Below are positions 12,043 through 22,382 of a stretch of 32,266 nucleotides of DNA, in pieces. Every line of letters starts with the position of its first letter. The first letter of the stretch is position 1. The notes under the pieces are model-generated. The model was not told the origin of the DNA, did no database searches, and saw only the letters and a program-made list of their open reading frames with translations. A program made the position numbers and the translations under genes. The DNA is from Asterionella formosa (taxonomy: Eukaryota), in the NCBI GenBank assembly GCA_002256025.1, contig NKIB01000497.1, positions 1 through 32,266 on the forward strand, given 5' to 3'.

Positions 12043-12679
12043 TGCGCAAGTCATTTACAAGTGATGAAAAGCATTATTCCATGAGTAGCTACCGGTAGTG
12101 ATAATAATTATTGCTGCTGAGAATCCCTCCATTAGAGATAAAAATGGTGTCTTTGTTGATTAATTTAATTAGATGACAAATATAAAATTTATAAAATTAG
12201 TATTGTTAAACACTGTATCTGCAGCAATACACACAGATACACATTTTGGAGCAACAAAAAATGTGTTGCTGGAAGCAACATATCACCCGGATATGTGAGA
12301 TACAAAAAATTGGGCCAAGCAACATTTTTTTGATTTTTGTATCTCTGTTAAGATTGGCCCAAAGATGATATGATATTTGTAATTATTTTCCGGTCCAGTT
12401 ATTTTTATTTAGGCTATGCATATGCATATTACTGCTCAGGTATATCTAGATGTTCGTAGCTGGCCTGTCACTATTGACAATCCTTGTTGCTCCATGATAC
12501 ACTGTGATACAAATTAGTGATACAGTGTCAAGTTTGGAATGAATGAAATTCAGTTCAAATCAAGTTACTGTTGCTGATACATGTTCAAAAAATTTCAAAA
12601 TTTCTGTGATTCACGAAAAAAATGATTAGAACGGCCCTTACCGGTAGTTAGATACTTCACCATCACGTGGTACCTGGTA

Positions 12680-12775
12680 CCTTCAAGTTGCGGTAATTTT
12701 GCTGAAACTAAAGATTTAGCTATCTTTATTCTAGATTAAAATGTTAGTTAAAGCAAAATGACCGCAACTTGCTGG
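12680..12775 (-). mobile_element. MITE family A, copy 1 (Tc1/mariner-type, TA-flanked)
   Basis: TA|CCTTCAAGTTGCGGTAATTTTGCT ... AGCAAAATGACCGCAACTTGCTGG|TA. Its reverse complement aligns along its whole length with 15553-15651. Confidence 0.88.
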
Positions 12776-13588
12776 TACTAGGTTATTAGGCACACGGACC
12801 ATCATCAGTTTTACCGGCTCTCAGGTACTGTATACCGGTAGTTTTCTGTAGCCAGTACAATACCGGTAGGCGGTAAATACATCCTGCAGCAAGGAGTACC
12901 GGGTAGCCGTGTTTTTGGCGAAGGCTGACAAATTCGACGGCTTCGATGAAGTTCCTTCAGGAGTCAAAACATACGGTACCACATGGTCGTTATGCCCGCC
13001 CACCATCTGCATTTTTCTCTCCAATTCTAACAAAACAATGTTGGTGGCGTGGTCGTACATACTTGCTACGAGTAACTGTTGGACAATTTCACATCACCAG
13101 GCACACCAGCACATTTACCAAAGATGCTTGTACAATATGTGGAACGAGTCGTTTCGTTCATTTACAGTAACGGGGTAAGTGTGGTTATTTCGTGTATTCA
13201 TCATTACTCCGAATCACAAAATTAGTACCGGAAGCAAATATTTGAAGTCATGATGAAAGCATACCAGAGCTACATGAAAGGGAAAAATACTAGTATACCG
13301 GTAGTTGACACTTCGGAGTAATTACTTTATGTTCTTCAGTACGCACAGGAAGTAAAGGCATTGCTTGTTCTCGCGGTAAGGCGAGATTACAGCGCTAGAT
13401 TTCGTTCTGTTGCTAGATGTTGTTTATACCGGATAGCTGCTTTGATTAATCCCTATAGTCATCATAACCGAGCCCGAGCAACATCTCGTGTGCTATCTAA
13501 AGACCTTCAAAATCGCAAATATTGGTAGAAATATTGGTAGCTAGGTCCATCCGATAACTCACAAGCCAGCGATCTATGTACATTACAG

Positions 13589-14758
13589 TTAATTTCCCAT
13601 CTCAATTTGAAGAGATAGCGACTCATTTTCCAATTGCATGTGTTGAGATTTGCCTAGTTTGTAGGCCTCATTCAGCGCTTCGGATGCCCCCATGTTCAGG
13701 GCTCTGGTTCGAACGTCATCGCATCGTACCAAAGCCTTGAGAGATTTAGCAGCTTCACAAGCATTGTGAGGACGAAAGTCAGCCTCGCGAACTTCTTTGA
13801 TCAGGCTATTAAGGCATTCGTCTGACACAGGTGGGATGTCATAAAGAGTAAGTGATGTCAGACAATTGGCCAGAACGACAAGAGCGTAACGATGCATCTT
13901 GGTCGAGTAATCCTGACGGTCTACAAATTGATCCTCGACGCCATCAAAAACAATCCAGTGCAGAAGATTCGTCAATAGTGGGCCATTGACCACAGCTTTC
14001 GCAGCGGCGGAATTAGTCTTGGTAAGCGACGCAAGAGATTCCATTGCAAGTAAACGACAATCAAATCTACAACTTTGCAACATGGTCCATGCAATGTCCA
14101 GGGCTTCTGTTGTAGCCTCTCTCTCTTCCGATTCCGACATGATAACAGGAGGAATGGTAAGTTCCATACAAGGTACAGCTTCTTGGCCGAGTGCAGCCTT
14201 GAGTAAATTCTTCGCGGCTTGGTGAAAGATGTAACAGCAACCCGAGAGCCTCTGAATTTCAACCACAACTCTGTCGTCCGCAGTAAAGATGCGAATGATG
14301 AACTTCACATGCTCACGAGTTTCGCATCGTGCGAGGGACTGCAGGAGCAAGCAGTGAGTGAGTGCAATCTTCTTTGCGGGAGCCGCAAGTCGTACGAAAG
14401 GGGACGGGACTGCCATCGACTTCTTCGCGGTTCTTACCTCGTCGAACTGAGCAACAACTGACTGCACCCGCAGAGATTCCGCCAAGCGATTGGACACTTG
14501 CTGGTGAGATGCGTTTTCGATGTAAACATGAGTTCGTTCCAATGGATGCGCTGTTGGCAAGGGAGAGACATTTTTCGGGTTCCATTGCTTTGCGCGCTGA
14601 ATTTCACGCTGTTGAAAATCAAGCTGACTTTTCTCGGACCGCACGACTTGAGACTTCTCGGAAATAAGAGTCCGCGGCGCTGGCAACTCCGTTAATGGCC
14701 TAAGCATGACACTGCGCATTTCAGGACGATCGGGGGTGATGTTATTAGAGGACGACAT
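13589..14758 (-). CDS. Hypothetical protein with a KA1-like domain and C-terminal ARM/HEAT-like helices; probable intron 14437-14339 (about 356 aa spliced)
   Basis: 389-codon ORF containing an in-frame 99-nt GTAAGA...CTCAC...CTGCAG intron candidate. HVKFIIRIF...VVVEIQRLSGCCYIFHQAAKNLL resembles KA1. RLLAMESLASLT and HRYALVVLANCL resemble ARM helices. Confidence 0.85.
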   Translation of the reverse strand: MSSSNNITPDRPEMRSVMLRPLTELPAPRTLISEKSQVVRSEKSQLDFQQREIQRAKQWNPKNVSPLPTAHPLERTHVYIENASHQQVSNRLAESLRVQSVVAQFDEVRTAKKSMAVPSPFVRLAAPAKKIALTHCLLLQSLARCETREHVKFIIRIFTADDRVVVEIQRLSGCCYIFHQAAKNLLKAALGQEAVPCMELTIPPVIMSESEEREATTEALDIAWTMLQSCRFDCRLLAMESLASLTKTNSAAAKAVVNGPLLTNLLHWIVFDGVEDQFVDRQDYSTKMHRYALVVLANCLTSLTLYDIPPVSDECLNSLIKEVREADFRPHNACEAAKSLKALVRCDDVRTRALNMGASEALNEAYKLGKSQHMQLENESLSLQIEMGN

Positions 14759-15552
14759 GGTGAAGAAAGGAAGATAATGTTAAATAGTTGGACAGTAGCC
14801 GTTCGGAGCAAAATGTCGTTGTTGCGGCCTTATGATTGGTTTTATGGCTCATCCTTCAGGATGCTCTGTTCGGATTTTCTTGTTCGTGGGAATTCATTGC
14901 TGACGTTCGGAGGACAGACGGTCGGCGGACCGAGGCGATCTTCATTACCGGGGTATATTTACTCTATGTATGCAACAGGACTCGTGAAGAAAGGACGCTG
15001 CCTCATACATATACACTTATAAATATTGGTACCTGGTACCAGGGTACCAGGTAATAGGTATCGGTTTAAGTAGCCAGTATACCGGTGTGTAAATAATTTC
15101 TATTCCTCACCCAGTAATTTAAAAAGCCGACTGACCAGCCAACATTCATGTATTCTGATACAAGGGAGAAAGTAATGGTACCTGGTACCAGGTACCATTA
15201 CCAGGGTACCAGGGGTGGTACTGGTACCCACCGTGGTAGCTTCAAGATCGTGGAAGCACGTCGACCATCACATCATAAGTATCCACCATGTGTGCTGGTA
15301 CGTACACATTCAAACACTTCCTCAAACGAGGATGCATTTATATGAATAGTACTGTACCATGGGACCAGGTACGTATGTACCGGTAGTGAGTTGCAAAACT
15401 ATTTCCCTCGACTCACCTGACTAGATTCGCGTGATCCCGAAATATTAATCCCCTTTGGCTGATTGATCTTACCAGGTAACCTTAACCTGGTACCTATGTA
15501 CCGCCAGGCAGGCCGGTACCAGTGCCAGCAGGTACTCCGAGTACTGTATATA

Positions 15553-15651
15553 CCAGCAAGTTGCGGTCATTTTGCTTAAAGTAACATTTTAATCTTGGAT
15601 AAAATTAGCTCAATCTTTAGTTTCAGCAAAATTACCGCAACCACTTGCAGG
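15553..15651 (+). mobile_element. MITE family A, copy 2
   Basis: TA|CCAGCAAGTTGCGGTCATTTTGCT ... AGCAAAATTACCGCAACCACTTGCAGG|TA. Confidence 0.88.
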
Positions 15652-15679
15652 TAAGGTACCTGGTACTGGTACCAGGGTA

Positions 15680-16640
15680 CCACCTAAAACCTGAGAGTCA
15701 TCCTTATTTTACCCCATGTTACGACTCAAATTATTTCAGTCCGATTACATGGTAATGTTGAAGCAACTACGAAGGTAAAAAGTTTGTTATGTCATCGTTT
15801 TGCCTCATGGATAAGGATGACTCTCAGTATATTGGTTTTTAAATCATACATGAGGAAATTTTAATCTTCCATTTTTTCCCGATTACCCTATTGTTGCCAC
15901 AAAATTATTAGTCCATTACAGATTACTACACTTTATTTATTGTCCCTTTCGATGTTTTCTTCCCATAATAATAGTCGGTTTCGCTCGATGATACTCCACT
16001 ACCCCGGTACCGGTATTAATATTTGGTATCGGGTCAAACACAACTTAAGTTATTTATTTTAGTGACGGTTTCAGTAATATTCAATTACAGTACCGGTACA
16101 TCTATTGCGTCACAGCATATACTAGCAAATAATCTATTCTACTCAGAGGGCTTATAATAGCATAACTTCATGTTAGAAAATCAACAAATTTCAGTTGTTT
16201 CAATGGTTGTAATGATAATGTCAGTGTGTACATACCGGTAAACTGATCGCTGCCTTTAATCAATGCGTGGTGAACAGGACGGAGCAACAGCACTCATGTG
16301 ACATTGATGATCAATCTAAGTCAATAAATATAGAAACAAAAGACAGTAAATAATTAAATTAGCTGAAATGTGATCTAAGTGTCAAAAATGCATTGCCGGG
16401 TCAACAGGGTAATCTGATTTGACCCGAATTTTTGTGACAGCTAACTTTCGACCTATTTATCTCAAGAACGGCAACGAGAGCTCAACTTACAAGTTTGAAC
16501 ATTGCTCTTCCATACATTTCAAGGAACAACTTTGTCTGAAACAGAATCGTATCTCCAATATTCGTCCCAAAACGTGTGATTACCCTGTTTAAGGATGATT
16601 CTCAGTAAAAAAAGGAAGACTCTCAGTTTTTAGTAGGTGG
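15680..16640. mobile_element. 961-bp non-autonomous TA-flanked DNA transposon
   Basis: TA|CCACCTAAAACCTGAGAGTCATCCTT ... AAGGAAGACTCTCAGTTTTTAGTAGGTGG|TA. The motif CTGAGAGTCATCCTTA (15691) recurs inverted at 15812, 16590 and 16611. Confidence 0.8.
16403..16589. mobile_element. Possible small nested MITE
   Basis: 12-bp perfect inverted repeat AACAGGGTAATC / GATTACCCTGTT. No clean TA duplication. Confidence 0.35.
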
Positions 16641-16649
16641 TACGAGGTA

Positions 16650-16730
16650 CCAGCAAGTTGAGGTCATTTTGCTTAACTAAACAATTTCAAATTGGATACT
16701 AAAGTAAGCAAAATTGACACAACTTGTAGG
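16650..16730 (+). mobile_element. MITE family A-related copy 3 (same TIRs, shorter and diverged interior)
   Basis: TA|CCAGCAAGTTGAGGTCATTTTGCTT ... AAGCAAAATTGACACAACTTGTAGG. Confidence 0.75.
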
Positions 16731-17329
16731 TCCCTGTGTCCTGTACCAGCCAGGTACCCTGGTACGTGATAGTAAGTACCAGTACCTGGTATCTGGTACA
16801 GCAGTACCGAATACTTCATTGTCCTGGACCCCCCATGGTTGCTGCCCCTATCACATTTTTCTCGAGGTGGCACCAAACACACAATAATTTTCTAAACATC
16901 ACAGGCAGAGTAATGTGCTATAGTTCTGAATTCTGTGGTGGATTTTAAGTGATGCTGCCTACCATTTAAAAATTATGACACTACTGGGACTACAACTAAA
17001 TAATAGTAGTAAAAGAAAATTTTAGAGTACACTATTATTGAAATTCGAATGTATCGGAGTACGTGTAGTCACACTAGAGCCCATATGGGCTCAATGATGA
17101 TGAGTGAGGGTGAGTCCATTGTGGGACTCTTAGGAGTTGCAGTTTCGAGGTAGAACAACCATAATGGGCAAGGCAGGGCAAGGAGCTCATTATGAGCAGG
17201 TTAGGTGGTTGGAATCATGTGTAGATCAGTGTAGTGAATAGGGAGGAGAGTCGAAGGCGAGCAATCAAAGAATAGAAAGCAATAATGAAAACACTGCAAG
17301 GCCACAATCATGTAAACAACAATAAAAAT

Positions 17330-17730
17330 CAATCAACTGTCTGCGATGGCAAGTTGCTTAGCTAGTCTGAATGCTCCCAACAATATGCACTCTTGTGAAA
17401 AACATGAATGCTGTGGTAAGGCGCTGAAGCCAGGTGATGTGATCAGGTTCAAGCTGGCTGTTTTGGAGGATATTTCAGGTAAGCCATTGGAGACCGCCAA
17501 GGACATCACCATTAAGGATGGAACAGAACAGCTTGGCACTGTTGGGTTTCTGGGCAAGGAAGTTGTTGCATTGACTTCTTCGCAAATGCTCAAGTATATT
17601 GACAAGTTTGCGCAGGTGCTAGAAATCTGGCTATGATATGCATGAAAGTTCTATGATGACAAAGACGAGCAAGACAAAGGCCAGAATAGCTTCTTCATTC
17701 CACTTGATGGAAGATATCAAGGCTAGGAGT
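17330..17730 (+). pseudogene. Accessory ORF inside the pogo element, unknown function
   Basis: NAPNNMHSCEKHECCGKALKPGDVIRFK...IKDGTEQLGTVGFLGKE...FAQVLE. Protein-like, frameshifted at both ends, convergent with the transposase. Confidence 0.55.
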
Positions 17731-18049
17731 AGCCTCTTTTGTAGCAGTCTTCAATAAAGCTACTATGCATAGGTAGAAATGCATTCCATACATTATAACG
17801 TGGTATAACAGTAAATAAAACTTAGAATCATTTCCTTTAGCACCACCATGCATATATAGTGATTCACATCAACTATAGTTCTAGTAGTATCTTCACCATG
17901 AAAAAATTGAGAATTACTATTTGAGCTATTTCACATTATTGATGCTATGGAATTACTTCTACAAATCATTAATATACAATAGAGCATGCTTAAACAGACA
18001 ATAAAATTATATGTCTAGTCACATGCTACACTTTTTGACCAATATTTAC

Positions 18050-19110
18050 TCGTCAATCACTTACAAGCAATGTAACCAACTGAATTCCAAATGTTTAAAT
18101 TGGTGGATTGAGAGACACTTTCCCAAGCTGCCCAAACGCACTAAGCGACGTCCTGTCGCTTCATCTTTGATCCATGAGGATGGGTAACCATCATCCAGTC
18201 GTCTTCAAAGGGTTCCCTAACAGAAAACCTTGAAAGGGCTTCTTGTTTACCCCAATGTACAAAAATTTTGAAAAAGATTGGAGGTGTGCATGACATCCAG
18301 AAATGAAGTCCACAGCTGTGCCACAATCCTTACTTGCATTGAGGATAATCGCCATCAAATGCACCTGGAACTCATCCATCAGTAGGTAGCTTGGTTGAGA
18401 ATCATGACTGATTTTCTATGGCTTCCAAACTTTCCAAATCCAAAGCGCGAACACTGACTCATTGACCCACGCCTTTGCCTGACAACAAGAAACCAACTGT
18501 GGGTGATAAGCAAACTCTTGATTGTTACATTCTTGCTGAATCCTGGCGTCAGGCACTCCTTTGAAAACAACTGGAGGATTAAGCTTCTCCCCAGACATTG
18601 AAACGCCCAACAACAATGTGCAAGGCATGCTGCTGCCATTGGTGTGCAAACTGATGCTGGTTTTCGCACCTTTATCAGATAGTGTGAGTCCGCCCGCCTT
18701 CATATTGAAATAATGTTTGTCTCAGAATCTATATTTACGATACTAGAACGATGATATGACCCTTCAAGAAACTGGGCGTCTATGTACTGGAGATACTCCT
18801 GTGTGACCCTCAATGCATGGCGCGTGTTTTGCACCTTGTGGGTGATACAATGATACAAAATGCTTTGAGATGTGTACAAACTAGCTACACACTGTTGCAT
18901 GATGCTCAAGCTAACATCATGTACCAAAAAGCGCTTCAGCTTGGCAGCAAGCAACATGATCGAACATGTGTGAGCATCAGCATGAAGCTGATCATACACA
19001 AGACGTATTGAATCAAAATCAGCTTTACTTTGCTAAAGGGTTTGCCTTGTTGTTGTAAATGGAACATCTGTTTTTTCAGTATAAAACGATCTTCATCTGA
19101 CAATAAACCT
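18050..19110 (-). pseudogene. pogo/CENP-B-family (DDE_1) transposase, degraded
   Basis: Motifs IVNIDSETNI, CTLLLGVSMSGEKLNPPVVFKG, QAKAWVNESVFALWIWKVWKP, YLLMDEFQVH, IGVNKKPF and VWAAWESVS. Confidence 0.9.
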
Positions 19111-19199
19111 TCTACAGTGGAAAAAAGGGCCTCGAAAGCATGAAAGTTATAAAGGTTGGAAAGAAGTCAGTGGCAAAAGTAGTGCTCGGCGCAACTTAC

Positions 19200-20930
19200 A
19201 ACTTGATGAGAAGGAAAAAGAATCAATTGAAGATTTAGATTATGCTGAAGTAGGCATTCAAGAAAATGATGAACTGTTTCAAATTGAAGAAGGAATAGAG
19301 AGGTCCTATGCTGCGTATTCTACTACTACTCTTGCATCAGATCCTGGGGAGCTAAGGCATTGTTACAAGGAGGCTATGAAAGGAGATGAGAGCAAGCAAT
19401 GGAGCGTTGCTTTTAAAAATAAAATCAACAAATTCTACAAGCGAAATGTTTGGAAAATGGTTTCTCGTGACAATCTCAATGGCAGAAAACCGTTAAACAC
19501 ACGTTGGGTACTATTCAAAAAGAAGTCCAAACAGGATAAAATTGTTCGATACCAATGATGTATTGTAGTGAAAGGCTATATTCAGATCCCTGGACTAGAT
19601 TTCATTGATTCATTTGTTCCAGTTGCAACAGATGCTTCAATGCGTATGATATTTGCACTCTTGCTATACAAATGGGATAAGTTTAAAGACAAACGATGTG
19701 TGTGTGAAATCATTGATGTCGAAGCTGCTTTTTTTGTTGAAGGAGATATGGATGAGCAAATATATATTGAATTGCCAGATGGGGTTTTCGACTTTGGTTT
19801 CGAAACACAAGAAACAATGAAAAACAAAAGCATAAGGTTGGAGAAGGCCCTGTATGGCACAGTTCAAGCAGTACTACAATTCTTCAAGAAAATGGTTCAA
19901 AACCTAACCAAAAGTGGATTGCAGCAAAGCAAGGTCGATCTGTGTGTATTCTTCATCAAGGATAACAACGCACTGATCCTAAAATTGCTACACATGTTGA
20001 TGATTGTTCAATTGCTAGAAAGCCAAAAATATTAAATGGTTCAAAAATGAAATCAAGAAACAGCCACTGCACAATCAAGGAGCTTGATCACTTGAAAAAA
20101 CATTTGGGAGTGTGGTACAATTAGTGCCAAGATAAAGTGGGACGCTACTTGGAGTCTAGAATGGAAGATTTTGTGCATGTTTTGCTCAAAGATTATCATG
20201 ATATTTTTGGAATGTATTCAAGCGATGCATCGACCCCAGCATTTCCAGGAATTGTTCTCAGAAAGAATCCAGACAAAGTGTCTCTCCATAAAGAATATCG
20301 TTCTTTGTTCTGTAAAATGTTGTGTTTTGTGAAGAAATTTTGACCAGTATGTGCAAATTCATGCCAGTAACTTTCCCAACATTTATAAAATCCAGGGGAG
20401 GCCCATTGTAATGCTATTGAACGTTTGTTAGGATTCATTGCAACTGATGAAAGAAACAGAAAATTAAAAATGAGACCACCGCATGAATTACGAGTGCAAG
20501 ACGTGGTAGAAAGCTCATTTGGTGATAATCCAGATACCAGGAAATCGACAAGTGCATATTTGGGCACAATTGGTGGTGCATGCCTAGTGACTTGGATTTC
20601 TAAAGGAAAAAATTGTTACTGTCTCCAGTACTGAGGCAGAGTAGTGGCACTATCAGATGGATCAAAGTAAACAACGTTTATAATGAATCTATTCAATGAA
20701 GTTGAATATGTGGAAATGACCAGTATTATTGTTGAAGACAATGCAGGTGCAATATTTTATCAAAGAATCAACAGGTTGGTTCACAAACCAAGCACATTGA
20801 TGTGGTGAGATATCATATCATTCTTCAAGAAAGGCTGGGGATATTAGCTAGAGTTGATTATGTGAATACTGGTACTTGGAAGAATCCAGCAGACCTACTC
20901 TCAAAGAATGTCATTCATGCAACTCGCTCA
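19200..20930 (+). pseudogene. Ty1/Copia reverse transcriptase and RNase H remnant
   Basis: Motifs YKEAMKG, NVWKMV, RWVLFKKK, KGYIQIPGLDF, IIDVEAAF, LEKALYG, HVDDC, TRKSTSAY, SSTEAE, EDNAGAI, TKHIDV and NPADLLSKN, with many stops and frameshifts. Confidence 0.93.
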
Positions 20931-21645
20931 CATTATGAATGCTGTGACTATGGATTGTTGGTTTTGAGATCAGGGATGACGATAAAATATATGAAATCCA
21001 ACAAGTCGAGGATTGCTATTTTTAGTGAGCGATTAGAAACCAAGACATGCAATACTTATTGACAAATGAATTGAGATGCTTATTCATTGTCAAAGCAAAA
21101 GCAAGATCATATTGACATGATCAAGGAAAGTCTGAGATGTCTTGTTCAGGATTAGCTACTTGAGTAATCAGGCAAGAACAAGACTGATAGACTATTAATA
21201 GATGGAGTAGCTCAAAAATATTACAAATTGTAAAGTGAAAATACGTTTTCAGCTTTAGTGATCTTAAAAGTAAGATCTGTGATATTCTCAATGAAAAAAG
21301 CTAGACAATTTAACAAGTGGTCAGTACAGTACCGGGTACTGTTACTTATTATCAACCACAGGTACATGATGATGCCTGGGTGATGGAAGGATGGAGCGAG
21401 GACATGGCTTGTAAAAACCCAGTATGGGTAATATTTGGCGACAAAGCAAACTACCTGTATATACGGTGCATAACCAGTGGTAGGGAAAAGTTCCTGGTGA
21501 GAAAAATCTTTGATATATTTATTTTAGTCATACTGTAGTACCGGTAACTGTTGCCAGGCTTATGTGTGGTAGCAACAAGCTGATGTTCCTTCAAGCAGTC
21601 ATGGAAGCGGCAAGATTAAAGATAATGGATCCATAAATCTACATT

Positions 21646-22197
21646 ATGGGTCTATTTAGCAAGAAGAATCGCGAAACGGCAGGAGTTATGGCTCCCGATA
21701 GTGCTCCACAAGGACGAGGGTTTGTTCCTTCTTCTATTCCCATGAATCAGGCTGTCGAACTCGGGACAATCAACTATGTGAATCTTACGCCTGACGGTCG
21801 CCATGGCGAATTTGAGAAGGCACTCGAAGTTGCTCGTCTTACTGGCAAGCCAATTTTCGCCAATTTCGTTGAGTGGTCTGGATGAGCCGGGTGCAAGGAC
21901 GCGGGAGCGATTTTCGCTGACCCTTCTATCAAGAGGGCCGCCGAAGAATTGTTTGTACCGTGCGCCTTTAACACCTGGGACCGGAGCAACCGTACCCACG
22001 ACATGGCTATGCGAAGGTGGGGTGCTGGTCTCGCATCCAGCTGATGGGGGTACCTCCGGATTGTCAATCCGGAGGGTACTGCAGTGGTTACTGGGACTCG
22101 ACAAATCACTGGTCGAAAGAATTTGAATGATGTCAAACAAGTAATGCGTGAGGGCTTGGAAGACTTGGGCATTGATGTTCCAGATTATTTGCTATAA
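21646..22197 (+). CDS. Thioredoxin-fold selenoprotein (resembles the VPGUxxT thioredoxin-like family), 183 aa with in-frame TGA at codons 80 and 133
   Basis: The frame continues past TGA 21883-21885 as ...GKPIFANFVEWSG-U-AGC-KDAGAIFADPSIKRAAEELFVPCAFN... A second TGA at 22042-22044 (SS*WGYLRIVNPEG) precedes the end ...LEDLGIDVPDYLL-TAA. SECIS-like hairpins follow. Confidence 0.85.
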
Positions 22198-22223
22198 ATA
22201 TAAGAAGCTGTGGGAGTGCCGGA

Positions 22224-22275
22224 GGCAACGGAATGACCCGGTTCAAAATATTTGAATTGGTGACAACTCGTAGTC
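22224..22275 (+). promoter_or_regulatory. SECIS-like element 1 (short apical helix)
   Basis: Core ATGAC (22233) / TGAC (22261), helix CCGGTTCAAA/TTTGAATTGG with an A-rich apex, lower helix GGCAACGG/TCGTAGTC. Confidence 0.55.
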
Positions 22276-22326
22276 ACTTTCTTCCACAAACGAGAAAACA
22301 TGCTTGGAAATAGTTTTGAAAGGAAA

Positions 22327-22382
22327 TTTGCGAATGACTGGATCGAAATGCAAGACTTTTGCGTTTCTCCACGAAATGCAGG
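22327..22382 (+). promoter_or_regulatory. SECIS-like element 2
   Basis: Core ATGAC (22334) / CGAA (22372), helix TGGA-(TC)-GAAATGC / GCGTTTC-TCCA (11 bp), AA at 22352-22353, lower helix TTTGCG/TGCAGG. Confidence 0.7.

Larger units (their letters stand above)
4635..12360. mobile_element. Inner full-length (now defective) PIF/Harbinger transposon
   Basis: Perfect 24-bp TIR GGGCCAATCTTAACAGAGATACAA at 4635-4658 and 12337-12360. Flanks are TAA and AAA (imperfect TSD). Contains a transposase and a convergent second ORF. Confidence 0.9.
3968..12637. mobile_element. Outer non-autonomous PIF/Harbinger element (about 0.94 kb of its own sequence)
   Basis: TIR GGGCCGTTCTTATCATTTT (3968-3986) matches AAAATGATTAGAACGGCCC (12619-12637) at 18/19. 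TTA target duplication at 3965-3967 and 12638-12640. Subterminal TGATAC/GTATCA repeats at both ends. Confidence 0.85.
16807..19110 (-). mobile_element. pogo/Tc2-like DNA transposon; one TIR retained, the other end lost at the Copia junction
   Basis: TA|CCGAATACTTCATTGTCCTGGACCCCCCA at 16805-16835 matches the ends at 97-127 and 259-289. Contains a DDE_1-type transposase remnant. Confidence 0.75.

Noticed and set aside
12821..13178. Three overlapping short ORFs
   Set aside because: No recognisable motif and stops in the extended frames. Possibly a decayed fragment, but I cannot assign it.
21883..22044. Genetic code with TGA = Trp as the explanation for both TGAs
   Set aside because: Neighbouring intact genes use TGG for Trp and have no internal TGA, and the oxygenase ends in TGA.
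21652..22172. Minus-strand ORFs of 162 and 132 aa and the plus-strand 107-aa ORF
   Set aside because: They are shadows of the selenoprotein frame, which alone carries family motifs.
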